Positions 19,875 through 30,800 of a stretch of DNA of 64,000 nucleotides are shown in pieces. Made by a program: the position numbers and the translations under genes. The notes below the pieces were generated by a model, which saw only the letters and a list, made by a program, of their open reading frames with translations, made no database searches and was not told the DNA's origin. This DNA is from Candidatus Oxydemutatoraceae bacterium (GTDB taxonomy: Bacteria > Pseudomonadota > Gammaproteobacteria > Poriferisulfidales > Oxydemutatoraceae): NCBI GenBank assembly GCA_965218975.1, contig OZ244717.1, positions 1,088,001 to 1,152,000 on the forward strand, in the 5' to 3' direction. How positions within the stretch are numbered: the stretch's first letter is position 1; each line of letters opens with the position of its first letter.

Positions 19875-22060
19875 ATGTTGTTGTGCGGTACATTTGATAA
19901 CAAATCCTCTCTTATTATCGGATTTTTCATTTTGCTGTTGTCTGCGGTGGCTTGTAGCGAAGAAAATGAACGCATTGTAGTTACCGGAAAACGCTTGGAG
20001 CGAGACACCGTCTCAGTGCAACCAATCCACGCAACGAGTGATGTTGCTGCATTCATGCATAGCATTCCAGGCGGCGGAGTTAACCTGAATGGTTCCTTGA
20101 GCGGGCTACCGCAATATCGCGGTATGTTTGGTCCCCGTCTGGGTTTTCGTGTCGAATAAAATGCATATTGCTCCGGCAGGACCGGGGTGGATGGATCCGC
20201 CATTGCATTACGTGCCGACGCCTTTGCTTGATAAGATTGAAGTAAAGCGCGGGGCGACGTCGGTAAGTCATGGTTTCGGTATTGGCGGTTATGTCGATGC
20301 TAAGTTGAAAACCAGTGAGTTTTCTACCGGTGAAAATTTTACCTCGCAAGGTAGTTTTGATTGGATGGGGCACTCGGTTGATGAAGGTTATAATGCCGGG
20401 CTAATGTGGGAATTAGCTAACCGTCGGCATCGCTTCCATTTGTTCGCCGCCCGCGACGAAGGGGATGATAGAGAATCGGGCAGCGGTGATGTCGGTAATA
20501 CCGAATACGAGCGCGATACATTTGGATTCGGTTACGGTTTCCGAAAGGAGCAAAATCATTTTTCACTGAATTATCAACGCACGAACACTGGCGAATCGGG
20601 GGTGCCGGTTCTGCCGATGGACATTCGTTTTTACCATGCGGATTTAAGTAACTTTTCTTATACGACACGGTGGGCGGAGTATGTTGTGGATTTATTTTTT
20701 GCCCGTAAGGAAATTGAACATGAGATGAGTAACTATCATATGCGTACTGCGCCTGATTTTGACAACTTACCGATTCCGGACAATCAAAAACTGCCGCCTT
20801 TCCGCGGTACGGACCGTCGTTATGCCAAAACTGTTACCGACGGCAGTGACATTTTCTTCAAGTTCAAGAGACCGCTTGTGCACGGAAGTTTGAAATGGGG
20901 CGTTGAAAGCTACAGTGACGACTATGGTATGACAGTTTTCGATCCGGATGTTTCGCTTTTCTATATCAATAATTTAAGCGATATAAGTGTGGATAAATTG
21001 AGTGTCTTTACCGAGTGGTCAGGGATGATCAGTCCGAGTTGGGAATTGACGACAGGAGCACGTTACACACACGTGCGTACTTCGAGCGGTCGGGTTGATG
21101 CTTTTCCTGCGGTTCTTGCGGACCGTGGAGTAATTAATCCGGTAACCGATAATGTGCGACAGCTGCGTGATCGCTTCAACGCTTCGGATAGAAGTAAATA
21201 CGACGATAATATCGATGTGGCGGTGGGACTGGAGTACTATTTTGACAAGCAATTAAAAGTTTTGATGAATATATCGCGCAAAACACGTTCTCCCGATTAT
21301 GTTGAGCGTTATCTGTGGATTCCGTTGGAGATTAATCCCGGCTTGGGCGACGGTAGTAACTACGTTGGAGGTCCGGGCTTGGACCCCGAGATATCTCATG
21401 GACTGGAATTTGGTTTTGAATGGCGCAATGCCGGGGCATATTTTTCTCCGCGTATCTATCATCGCCGGATAGATGATTATATTCAAGGTGTCAATGCAGC
21501 CGATGCAAGCGTTATTGCAGTCAGCAATTTGGCTAATGGCGACCCGAGCCCTAAGAAATTTGCCAATGTCGATGCGGAAATCTATGGAATTGACGCCGAG
21601 TTCGGTTATCAGTTCAGTACCGATTGGCGTTTGGATGGTTTGTTCGGTTTAGTGCGTGGTCGGCGGCGTGACATTAGCGACAATCTATTTCGGATTATGC
21701 CGCCGAAGCTAGCATTTACCGTAACCCGCGTATTTGGATATGGGAGTGTAGGCTCGGAAACGGTTATGGTTGATGAACAGGACCACCTTGCGTGCAATTT
21801 GTTGGACGCGGACAACTTAGGTGGTAATTTAGATGCTGATGCAACTCCCGGCTATATGCTGTTTAATCTTCGCGCATCATATCAATTGCAAGGAGAGGAA
21901 AATATTTTGTTAGTCGGCGGGATTGATAATATATTAGATCCGTTATTATCGTGATCATGTCGCAGGCTTTAATCGTGTTAGCGGCAGCGATGTTAAAGCG
22001 GGTGAGAAAATCCCGGGTTCGGGGCGCAACTTTTATTTGAATCTGCAGTACGAATGGTAG
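19875..22060 (+). pseudogene. TonB-dependent receptor (OprC/NosA-like plug motif) with two +1 frameshifts
   Basis: IVVTG TonB box region, QYRGMFG, GPGWMDPPLHY. Removing one A (~20155) and one C (~21940) gives a continuous ORF ending GRNFYLNLQYEW*. Confidence 0.85.
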
Positions 22061-22845
22061 CCATTGAAGATATAAGTTCGCGCCTGCCGGTTGCACTTTT
22101 TATTGTTTGCGCGAGCATTGCTCCGATCGCATTTTCCGACTCGTTGGGTACCGCAATGGAGACCGTAATAGAAAATGCTGCCGATAATACTGAATCCCAA
22201 GAACAAATTAATCAACTAGATGATGAAACACAGCGGATGTTTTCCGAATACCGAACGGTACTGGAGAAAAATCGTCGGTTAGAGGGCTATCTGATACAGC
22301 TAAAAATGTTACTAGAGGATCAGAATCAGGAAATTGCGCGCAAAGAAAGAGAGATTGCCGGCGTGAAAAATTTTGAGCGGGAGATGTTGCCTATGTTGAA
22401 CCGAATGATTATGGGATTAGAGAAGGTGATTGAAAATGATGTACCATTTTTGCCTGATGAACGTGCTGAAAGAGTAGCAAAACTTAATAAAATGATGGTT
22501 GCGTCCGACATCAATGTGGCGGAAAAATTCCGCAGGGTCATTGAGGCATATCAAGTCGAAAGCGATTATGGGAATACTATGGAAACTTATCGCGGTAGTA
22601 TTAGCACATCATCTGATAATAAAGTTGTTGACTTTCTTCGTGTCGGTAGAAATGTTTTTCTCTATCAATCACTTGACGGCAACGAGCATGGGGTGTGGGA
22701 TGCGCGCACACGTCAGTGGCAGACTCTTGACGGCCGTTATCGTACGGCGATACAAGAGGCTATCATGATTGCGCGTAAGCAAGCGGCGCCCAATTTATTG
22801 ATTTTACCGGTACAAGCAGTGCCGTTATCAGGGGAGGCACCGTGA
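22054..22845 (+). CDS. DUF3450 (TtpB-like) coiled-coil protein
   Basis: DVPFLPDER, EKFRRVIEAYQVE.DYG, VDFLRVGR. Confidence 0.85.
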   Translation: MVAIEDISSRLPVALFIVCASIAPIAFSDSLGTAMETVIENAADNTESQEQINQLDDETQRMFSEYRTVLEKNRRLEGYLIQLKMLLEDQNQEIARKEREIAGVKNFEREMLPMLNRMIMGLEKVIENDVPFLPDERAERVAKLNKMMVASDINVAEKFRRVIEAYQVESDYGNTMETYRGSISTSSDNKVVDFLRVGRNVFLYQSLDGNEHGVWDARTRQWQTLDGRYRTAIQEAIMIARKQAAPNLLILPVQAVPLSGEAP

Positions 22846-24200
22846 GACTACGCTATCGACAGTATTTATTGTCGGCATTACTTTTGAGCGTTTTGTGCTT
22901 CTGTCAAGCGTTTGCTCAAGAAGCATCTCCTCCGTTCAATAAATTATTAAATGAAGTACGCCGAATGGTAGATGCGGATAAGCAGACAAATCGCTTGCGC
23001 GAACAAGAGTTTTTACAACGCCGTGACCGACAGCACAAACTTCTGAAAGAAGCAAAAGAAAAATTGCAGGCTTTGCAGGCGAGGAGCGTCGCTTGGGAAG
23101 AACAGTTTGACCAAAACGAAGCACAAATTTCCAAACTTAAAAGCATTTATCGGCAGCGCGTTGGGGATTTCGACGAGCTGTCGGGTTTGATGGGGCAATT
23201 TGTTACCGGTCTGCATGCACAATTGACTAATTCGATGGTTAGCGTTCATATTCCTAATTGGCGGAATCGGGTGGATGCTTTGCAAAAAAAACAAGAATTA
23301 CCTCATGTTGACGATATTGAAAATTTGTGGAGATTATTTCTCGAATACATTGCCGTGCAAGGGCAATCGGTGCGTTTTCAAAGTCAAGTGTTGGAACCGA
23401 ATGGTAGCGTCGCATTGCATGAGGTGGTTAGTATTGGCCCGTTTACTGCAATTGCCGACGGGAAGTTTCTTGAGTACTTGCCTGAAGTCGAGCAGTTTAC
23501 ACAACTTGCTCGCCAGCCGGATTCACGCTACCTCTCATCTGCCGCCAAATATGTTTCGGCGAACGAAAGCTTTGTTGCCGCGCCTTTAGACCCTTCGCGC
23601 GGGGTCTTGTTGTCATTATTAATCGGTACTCCGACGCTTGAGGAGCGGCTACGGCAGGGTGGTTGGGTCGGTTATTTGATTTTGCTAATCGGAGGTGTCG
23701 GTTTGTTTGTCGGAGCTTGGCGTATTGTTGCGCTAAAAAAATTGAACCGCGGCATTCAACGACAAATGCATCAGCTTGAACAAACCGGCAATAATCCGTT
23801 GGCGCGTTTGTTTGCTGTATACCGCCAAAACAAACAAGCGACTATCCAAACATTGGAACTAAAGTTAGATGACGCCGTTATCAAGGAACTGCCCGACTTA
23901 GAAAGAGGTTTAAGCCTGCTAAAAGTGTTTGCCGTTATTGCGCCGTTATTAGGTTTGCTAGGCACTGTTACCGGCATGTTGGAAACTTTTCAGGCAATCA
24001 CTTTATTTGGCACCGGCGATCCTAAATTGATGGCGGGCGGTATCAGTCATGCGTTGGTTACGACTGCGATGGGATTGATGGTGGCGATACCCATCTTATT
24101 GTTGCATACGTACGTGTTATCGCAAAGTCGCACCATTCGCGAAATTTTGCAGGAGCAGAGTGTGGGTTTGATGGCAACACATGTAGAAAAACAGACGTGA
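22842..24200 (+). CDS. TtpC-like long MotA/TolQ/ExbB protein
   Basis: Periplasmic coiled coil, DPSRG, APLLGLLGTVTGM, GDPKLMAGGIS.ALVTT. Confidence 0.9.
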   Translation: MRLRYRQYLLSALLLSVLCFCQAFAQEASPPFNKLLNEVRRMVDADKQTNRLREQEFLQRRDRQHKLLKEAKEKLQALQARSVAWEEQFDQNEAQISKLKSIYRQRVGDFDELSGLMGQFVTGLHAQLTNSMVSVHIPNWRNRVDALQKKQELPHVDDIENLWRLFLEYIAVQGQSVRFQSQVLEPNGSVALHEVVSIGPFTAIADGKFLEYLPEVEQFTQLARQPDSRYLSSAAKYVSANESFVAAPLDPSRGVLLSLLIGTPTLEERLRQGGWVGYLILLIGGVGLFVGAWRIVALKKLNRGIQRQMHQLEQTGNNPLARLFAVYRQNKQATIQTLELKLDDAVIKELPDLERGLSLLKVFAVIAPLLGLLGTVTGMLETFQAITLFGTGDPKLMAGGISHALVTTAMGLMVAIPILLLHTYVLSQSRTIREILQEQSVGLMATHVEKQT

Positions 24201-24203
24201 CAT

Positions 24204-24701
24204 TTGGCGATGTCTGATTTTTTTGCGAGTGGTGGTCAGGTACTTGGTATTATTTTAGTTACTACGTTTGTTATGTGGTTTTTAATAGTTGAGCGTTATT
24301 GGTACTTTTTCTTTCAGAAGGGTGATGCGGTCAATAAAATTCTTATACGATGGGCGGCGATGTCTGATGCGGACACGTGGCGATTGCGCATGATTCGCGC
24401 TTGTTATATTTCACAATTCAAACAACAGGTGACTATGCGAATCGGTTGGATTAAAGTTTTGATTACGGTGAGCATGCTGTTAGGGCTGTTGGGTACGATT
24501 GTCGGCATGATTGATGTATTTGAAGGCATGATGCTAACGCAAGCAAGCGATGTGCGAGTGTTGGCGGCCGGTGTGTCGCGGACGGTGATTCCGGCGATGG
24601 CGGGTTTGGTTGCTGCTCTGTCCGGATTATATTTTTCTTTTCAGCTGGAGCAATCCGCATCGCGTGAAGTTCAAAAACTGGCAGACAAATTGACGGTGTA
24701 G
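24204..24701 (+). CDS. exbB: ExbB-like proton channel subunit
   Basis: LLGLLGTIVGMI, LAAGVS. Confidence 0.85.
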   Translation: MAMSDFFASGGQVLGIILVTTFVMWFLIVERYWYFFFQKGDAVNKILIRWAAMSDADTWRLRMIRACYISQFKQQVTMRIGWIKVLITVSMLLGLLGTIVGMIDVFEGMMLTQASDVRVLAAGVSRTVIPAMAGLVAALSGLYFSFQLEQSASREVQKLADKLTV

Positions 24702-24702
24702 A

Positions 24703-25110
24703 ATGATACGACGTCGCATTCGACATAACGAGGATGACAGCGCTGAAATTAATATCACGCCGCTGCTTGATATTGTTTTCATTATGCTGATTTTCTTTAT
24801 TGTGACCGCAAGCTTTGTTAAGGAATCCGGTATTGAAGTGAATCGTCCGAATGCGCAAACGGTAGTAACGCAGGAATCGGCAGTAATTTTTATCGCAATA
24901 GATGCGAATGATGAAATCTGGATTGATCGTCGGATAGTTGATTTGCGTGCGGTACGTGCGAATGTTGAGCGTTTACGTCTGGAAAACCCTCAAGGCACGG
25001 TCGTTATACAAGCGGATAAGCGATCAAGTAACGGCGCCTTAGTCGGGATTATGGATCAGGTGCGGCTAGCGGGAGTTGAGAGAATTGCAATTGCCGCAAC
25101 AGAGAAGTGA
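24703..25110 (+). CDS. exbD: Biopolymer transporter ExbD
   Basis: INITPLLDIVFIMLIFFIVT, VVIQADK. Confidence 0.93.
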   Translation: MIRRRIRHNEDDSAEINITPLLDIVFIMLIFFIVTASFVKESGIEVNRPNAQTVVTQESAVIFIAIDANDEIWIDRRIVDLRAVRANVERLRLENPQGTVVIQADKRSSNGALVGIMDQVRLAGVERIAIAATEK

Positions 25111-25724
25111 GCGGTCACGCTACAGCTCGTTATCTGATTGCCTTGCTATCCGCGCTGGCAATTACTTACGGTTTATTTTTTATTATGTTTCAGTTAACAA
25201 GAGGGGATAGTTACGACCTTGTGTTGCCGAACTATGATTCCTTGCGGATTGATTTTATCCGACTTCAGGAGAAAAAGGAGGAAGTTGAGCAAAAAAGACA
25301 TTTACCGGAAAAACCAAAATTTACTCAACGACCGGCGTTACCGGATTTCCCGCGACAGAACATTTTGCCGCCATCGCGGTTGGAGATGCTTCCTTTACAT
25401 TTGCCCGAATTGCCACGGTTAAATAGCGGTTTAAACCTCGGCAGCATAGGTAGCGCCGATATTACCCCCTTATATCGTGCTCAACCGATTTATCCGCTGC
25501 GGGCTCAAAGTCGCGGAATTGAAGGATGGGTCAAAGTTGAGTTTTCTATCGATAAATCCGGTAATGTAGTTAATCCGCATGTGGTTGATGCACAACCCGA
25601 AGGTATCTTTGAGCGCGCCGCTCTAAAAGCAATATCGCGGTGGCGTTATCAACCGCGGATAATCAATGGCGTCGCCGTTATGCGTGATCAAGTGCGAGTC
25701 ATGATTGAGTTTAAGCTGGAGTAG
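25107..25724 (+). CDS. tonB: Energy transducer TonB
   Basis: N-terminal TM, Pro-rich linker, PIYP..A..RGIEGWV, WRYQP. Confidence 0.92.
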   Translation: MSGHATARYLIALLSALAITYGLFFIMFQLTRGDSYDLVLPNYDSLRIDFIRLQEKKEEVEQKRHLPEKPKFTQRPALPDFPRQNILPPSRLEMLPLHLPELPRLNSGLNLGSIGSADITPLYRAQPIYPLRAQSRGIEGWVKVEFSIDKSGNVVNPHVVDAQPEGIFERAALKAISRWRYQPRIINGVAVMRDQVRVMIEFKLE

Positions 25725-25727
25725 TGA

Positions 25728-26999
25728 ATGCGGGGGGGGTATGCGGTATGGTTGATTGTGTTATGGATAGCGGTGACGGATGTTGATGCGCGTAGTAAAT
25801 TTGTTTCCGAATCGGTTTATCGTAGTGTAACAGAAGCCGATCAACTGATCGCCAAAAATCGTGAAACGGAAGCGTTGGGTAAGCTACAAAGGCTTCTGAA
25901 AAGAAACACACTGAAAGATTATGAACGTAGTGTGATTTATCGTGTGATCGGCATTATATATACTAATCTTGGGAAGGATGTCGAAGCTACTGATTATTTC
26001 GAACGGGTTTTACGCGATGCGCAGCTGTCCGAGACTTTATTGCGCCGGACCCGTCATCATTTAGCGCATGTTTATGTACAGCAGGAAAATTATGCAGCTG
26101 TTCTGACTCTTTTGTCGCCCGTGATACAGTCGCAGCAAGAACCGACCGCGCAAGAGTCGTTTTTTCTCGCCTTTGCTTACTTCGAGCTTGAGCAAACGGA
26201 ACAGTCTTTGTTATGGGCGGAACGCGCTCTAAAGTTAATGAATGAAATGAAGCCTCCCGAGCATTATTTAAGCCTCGCTATCAACTCCAATTTGACACAC
26301 AAACATTACTCGCGTGCAGCGGAATTATTGGATCGGGTCGTGTATCACTATCCTAATCGTTCGGGATACTGGCGTCAGCTTGTCGCGGTACGATTGGAGT
26401 TAGATGATGAAGCGCGAGCGCTTGCGGCAATGGAACTGGGATATTTGCAAGGTGTGTTAGTTGAAACCCATGATCTGAAAAGATTGGCAAACCTGTATTT
26501 GCAGCAGAATCTACCTTATCAATCGGCACGTATTTTTCAGAAATTACTACGTGGCGGTAATGATGAGGATTATCGTTTACACGAATGGTTGGCTATGGCA
26601 TTGAGACAAGCGCGTGAATATGCTTCGGCCATTCCGTATTTGGTTAAAGCAGCGGAGATATCGGGTGATGGAAAATTATTTCTGTATCTGGCACATTTGT
26701 ATGCCGAGCAGGAAGATTGGACGGCAGCGCTGCAAGCGGTATCTCAGGCTATTGATAAAAATAACCTTCCAAATTCGGCGGATGCACGTCTTCTACAAGG
26801 AATTATTCAGGTGCAGTTAAATCAATTTGACAGCGCCGAGCAGAATTTTCTCTATTGCTTGGGTTTTGATAAAAATCGAAAACAAGCGCTACGGTGGTTG
26901 GAGTCGTTGAGCAATATGCGGGCGAGTAGAAGCCAATGGACAGACTCTCAACGAGGGAGATCAAATACCACTCTAAAGCCTAGAATTGGCGAGCGGTAA
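25728..26999 (+). CDS. TPR protein (TtpD-like)
   Basis: Signal-like N-terminus, repeated TPR-type helices, last gene of the TonB operon. Confidence 0.8.
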   Translation: MRGGYAVWLIVLWIAVTDVDARSKFVSESVYRSVTEADQLIAKNRETEALGKLQRLLKRNTLKDYERSVIYRVIGIIYTNLGKDVEATDYFERVLRDAQLSETLLRRTRHHLAHVYVQQENYAAVLTLLSPVIQSQQEPTAQESFFLAFAYFELEQTEQSLLWAERALKLMNEMKPPEHYLSLAINSNLTHKHYSRAAELLDRVVYHYPNRSGYWRQLVAVRLELDDEARALAAMELGYLQGVLVETHDLKRLANLYLQQNLPYQSARIFQKLLRGGNDEDYRLHEWLAMALRQAREYASAIPYLVKAAEISGDGKLFLYLAHLYAEQEDWTAALQAVSQAIDKNNLPNSADARLLQGIIQVQLNQFDSAEQNFLYCLGFDKNRKQALRWLESLSNMRASRSQWTDSQRGRSNTTLKPRIGER

Positions 27000-28522
27000 T
27001 GCGGTGATACATAGTTATTGAAATCAACGCGAGCAGTTTGTTCGGTCGGAAACAGATAATTACCGCCTTTGGTTATAATTGCATAGCTGCCGTCTACAGT
27101 GGTAACGCTTTGCGTCCATTCGGATACATTTCCGCCCATATCGGCGATTTGTTTCAGTGTAACGTCAATCGGATTACTGCCGGGAGCTTGTAGCCCCGAC
27201 GGAGATGCTTCGTTGTACATTTGATTGCCCCAGGGGTAGATATACTTGCCCCGGTTCGAAGCAATGATTGCCCACTCTTCTGCTGAGAGTAGTCTTCCTC
27301 CGGCCCATTTAGCGAAAGCGTACGCCGACCACCAGTCAATGTTCGTGACCGGTTGCACGGGTTTTTGCATTTGTTGTGCCCAATCAGGCGGACGATAACT
27401 GTGCTCTTGAGGCTGATTTTCATCACCGTATAGCCCAAGTTTAGCGAACCAATCATTCAGAAAATGATCATATTGTTGACGTGTGACTTCATAGCGCATT
27501 ACATGTAATGACGTCTCTCCTGAAGTTTTTTGTTGGTTAAAAATTCGTTCGATCGTATCAATTTGTTTACGTGGAAGTTTCGCTAAAAAAATTGAGATTC
27601 TGGAATCTTCCGGGATTCCGACAGAATAACTGCCGCGACCGATTTTTGCGGTATTGATAGGGATGCGCCATGGTGTTCGTTTGATTTTTCTGTTGTAAAC
27701 ACAGCGAAATCCGACATAAGGAGAGCGATAAGAGGGCGGTGCGGTGCGATAGAATACATTCAGGTTATAAACTTCACGCGGATCATTAAAGGCATTGCCT
27801 CCGACAATTGCCGGTTCCAAAGGGGTATCCGAATTCGTTGCCCACTCCGAAACATTATTTCCCGCCATGCCGTAGATTCGCTTAGGTGTTGCGATTTCTT
27901 TATGCGCTTTGCATTTTTGTGCCGCATTCAGCAGCGGGTCTAAATATGGCAAACCCTCTGTCTGGAATGTGTCTCCCCAGGGGTACAAACGATTTTGTTT
28001 ACCGGCAGCGGCAGCAATCCACTCGGTTTCAAAGGGCAGGCGTCCGCCGGCAGCACGACAGTAGGCGTAGGCGTCGTAATATGTCACACCGTTCGCCGGT
28101 GCGTTTGTTTTCCCGCTGATCAGATGTTTTCTGGTATTACTTTCATAACGCCATTGAATGGGTTGGGTCGGTGCGGCAATATTTTTCTTTTTAACAAGTT
28201 GCTGCCAACGAGCAAATTTATAAAAATCACCTTGTCGCACTTCGCAACGATCAATGTACAGCGGACGTTGAATATTCACTGTGCGTTCTCCTCGTTTAAG
28301 CACATGGTCAAACGAGCGAATATAAGCAAATGATTTAAGGTTTTTTAACAGTACCGTATCAAAGCGTTTGCCTGTGGAATCATGTCTGTCGCGAATGACG
28401 GTGGCGATTTCAACCGTATCGAAATCATACGTCAGCGGATAAAGTCTCAGCGCTGAGGTGCCCGCTAAAGAGAGAACTATCGCGATTAATAGAGTGTTGA
28501 TGAGATGGGAGTTTTTTCTCAC
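26948..28522 (-). CDS. Tandem FGE-sulfatase (SUMF1/CLec-fold) domain protein with N-terminal anchor
   Basis: Two copies of EV, P...V, GGRL..E.EW, YPWG, M.GNV.EW and GFR motifs; likely GTG start at 28522 overlapping the upstream TGA. Confidence 0.85.
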   Translation of the reverse strand: MRKNSHLINTLLIAIVLSLAGTSALRLYPLTYDFDTVEIATVIRDRHDSTGKRFDTVLLKNLKSFAYIRSFDHVLKRGERTVNIQRPLYIDRCEVRQGDFYKFARWQQLVKKKNIAAPTQPIQWRYESNTRKHLISGKTNAPANGVTYYDAYAYCRAAGGRLPFETEWIAAAAGKQNRLYPWGDTFQTEGLPYLDPLLNAAQKCKAHKEIATPKRIYGMAGNNVSEWATNSDTPLEPAIVGGNAFNDPREVYNLNVFYRTAPPSYRSPYVGFRCVYNRKIKRTPWRIPINTAKIGRGSYSVGIPEDSRISIFLAKLPRKQIDTIERIFNQQKTSGETSLHVMRYEVTRQQYDHFLNDWFAKLGLYGDENQPQEHSYRPPDWAQQMQKPVQPVTNIDWWSAYAFAKWAGGRLLSAEEWAIIASNRGKYIYPWGNQMYNEASPSGLQAPGSNPIDVTLKQIADMGGNVSEWTQSVTTVDGSYAIITKGGNYLFPTEQTARVDFNNYVSPHYRSPILGFRVVFDLPR

Positions 28523-30282
28523 GCTGTTTTTCTGCCCCGGCGCAATACTCCTAATAATATCAGTGCGGTAATCAGTCCGTAAAACAATATTTGCCATCTT
28601 TCCTGACGAAATGGCAATATCCGATAGTCCGTTACAATTCTGAGATTAGATATTTTGAGTGCGTTTTCTGCGGATGGGATGAGCAGGTTATCTTCATCCA
28701 CCGCGGCATAAATAAACGCGGTGACAAAATCATCAAGCATCGGACTGACCAAGGTTACGACACGCCAACGAAATGTTTCGGGGCTGGCTTGTTGTGGCGG
28801 CATTAATATTAGCATGTCTTCCAACAGTGGCAACCTCAAGCCTTGATAAATCTCCGGATACAGGCTTAAGCGGCTGGTTATCTCGATTTCAGCAGGCAAG
28901 TCATAGAAGTCGGATTGATTCGGGTCGTTGATTAACGCGGCATTTTGAATGCGCTGATTGACTGCTGCCGATAAAATTCTGCCGGTGATGCTTGTATCAG
29001 TTTGTGTATTGACAAACAATGTTGCTTTTTTTTGCTCGGGAATATTTTGCACAGCGGCGCTGAGCCTTGCAAAGAATTCTTTCTCTTCCTGAGAAAAGAC
29101 TAATGAAAGGTTTGAGATGCGCTGCAAAATATCGCGGTTAAAGTTGTAGTTCGCCAATTTTGAAGTATCGGTACCGTTATCCGATGCGTTTTGCACTTCT
29201 TGCATGAAATCAAATAGCGCCGGGAGTATGGTTTTGAAGTCAACGACCGGATGCTTGCTGAAAAGTGATATTTGCTCCTTTCTTGATTGTAAGTCGGTAC
29301 TGTTAGGATCGGCGCTGCGAAAGCGGCTAAGCGTTGTTTGTTTGCGTTGTCGCGATTTACTGCCCGACATGTTTTCTTTTATCATTTGTGCCAGCGCATT
29401 AAAAACCAAATCGCTTTCTTTCTGTGTCGGATTCTTTTTCTCGCCTGATCCGGGCAAGTCGGTCGGTTCGGTAATTTCCGAAGTGCCGTTGCCGGTATCA
29501 AATGCCAAGTCGTTGTAAGGATAGTTTTCGTCGCCGATCGGTGTTGAGAGTAAAGTGGCTTGTTGAGGAATCATGCTTTGATTTTCATCAGTTAATTCTT
29601 TTAGGGTTTGATCGAAATTATCGGATGTATCTGCAATATTATTACCGCTTTGTTTCTCACTATTATTCTTTTCGTCAGTTTCATCAGGATCGTCTTTGTC
29701 ATCAAAATTTCCTTCTTGCGCAATATCATTTCCTTCGCTGCGGCTCTTTTTTTGTTTATCCGAGCCAGCTGAAAAGTGCCAGTGACGCGGCGAATGATTA
29801 TGAGATTTGAGAATTGACATCACGATATAAAACAGTCTGATACTATAGATATCAATGCGCATACGCAATAATTGCGCTTTTGTCAGACTACGGATATATT
29901 TGTCAAAGCGATTATTTTGTAATAAAAGTTCATGGCGAGGGATTCTTTTCCCGGTGTAATAGTTTTGAATATAGCCATCGTGCAATTCAATAATCGGCAT
30001 CCGCGCATGCTGAGGATTACGATCAAGCGGCGAAGTGTTATAGTCGTGTAACCGTGTCGGCGGGCTATTAGGCAGTGTGTTCATTACAACCGAATGAGCG
30101 ATTTCACGGCTTAATAGTACGGAAACGTCCTCTACTTGTTCAAGTTGTTCTTGTTCCTGTTCATGCTTGATGAAGATTGTGACGACAATCATAATGATGA
30201 TGATGGCAACGCTGTTAGCAAGAATGTCAGCGAGTGCAACACCGGCAAAGCCTGGGAATAAACTATGTTGTCGCGGATTCAT
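28519..30282 (-). CDS. Hypothetical membrane protein with N-terminal Asp-containing TM and C-terminal TM
   Basis: ALADILANSVAIIIIMIVVTIF near the N-terminus, acidic low-complexity middle, hydrophobic C-terminal helix. Confidence 0.75.
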   Translation of the reverse strand: MNPRQHSLFPGFAGVALADILANSVAIIIIMIVVTIFIKHEQEQEQLEQVEDVSVLLSREIAHSVVMNTLPNSPPTRLHDYNTSPLDRNPQHARMPIIELHDGYIQNYYTGKRIPRHELLLQNNRFDKYIRSLTKAQLLRMRIDIYSIRLFYIVMSILKSHNHSPRHWHFSAGSDKQKKSRSEGNDIAQEGNFDDKDDPDETDEKNNSEKQSGNNIADTSDNFDQTLKELTDENQSMIPQQATLLSTPIGDENYPYNDLAFDTGNGTSEITEPTDLPGSGEKKNPTQKESDLVFNALAQMIKENMSGSKSRQRKQTTLSRFRSADPNSTDLQSRKEQISLFSKHPVVDFKTILPALFDFMQEVQNASDNGTDTSKLANYNFNRDILQRISNLSLVFSQEEKEFFARLSAAVQNIPEQKKATLFVNTQTDTSITGRILSAAVNQRIQNAALINDPNQSDFYDLPAEIEITSRLSLYPEIYQGLRLPLLEDMLILMPPQQASPETFRWRVVTLVSPMLDDFVTAFIYAAVDEDNLLIPSAENALKISNLRIVTDYRILPFRQERWQILFYGLITALILLGVLRRGRKTA

Positions 30283-30287
30283 TCCGG

Positions 30288-30800
30288 TTATTTAATAACT
30301 TTCTCTATGTAAGCCGGAATATCATCCAGTGAAACCGATTTCAACAGTTCATTGTTTGCGATGATCCAGCCGATGTGCAGTAGCCGATTAGGCATAATTT
30401 CCAACATACAGTTTCGTGCCTCCGCCATGGTCGTTACACTACCTTCCAATAAGGCAAAAATTAATTGCTGTCGCTTGGCGTTGTAAATTTTTCCGGCATA
30501 TTTGACAAAGGGGCTGTTTGGCAAACAGATTTCGCCTTGCGGTATGGTTTCATTGGTTTCTATAATGCGCAGTTTGTTAGGAAAAGTGATCACCGTGTAG
30601 CCGGAACCGCTGACTCCCCAGTTTACTTTATATAGTCCTTCTTCCGAGCTTGCCTCCAATCGCTCAAGCAAAGTGGCTTGCGAGAGGACATTGATAATTA
30701 AAAATAAAACGAGTAGAAGCGCGAAGATTCCGCCAAAGATTTCAACCATAGGCGCGTTGTTTTCTTTCTGATCATTGAGGGAATCGTGATCTTTTTTCAT
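30288..30800 (-). CDS. Hypothetical single-TM protein, ExbD/TolR-like topology
   Basis: APMVEIFGGIFALLLVLFLII after a short charged N-terminus; ATGA overlap with the upstream gene. Confidence 0.7.
   Translation of the reverse strand: MKKDHDSLNDQKENNAPMVEIFGGIFALLLVLFLIINVLSQATLLERLEASSEEGLYKVNWGVSGSGYTVITFPNKLRIIETNETIPQGEICLPNSPFVKYAGKIYNAKRQQLIFALLEGSVTTMAEARNCMLEIMPNRLLHIGWIIANNELLKSVSLDDIPAYIEKVIK

Noticed and set aside
26948-28522. FGE/CLec protein as a diversity-generating retroelement target
   Set aside because: No reverse transcriptase in the window and no template repeat differing at adenines was seen.
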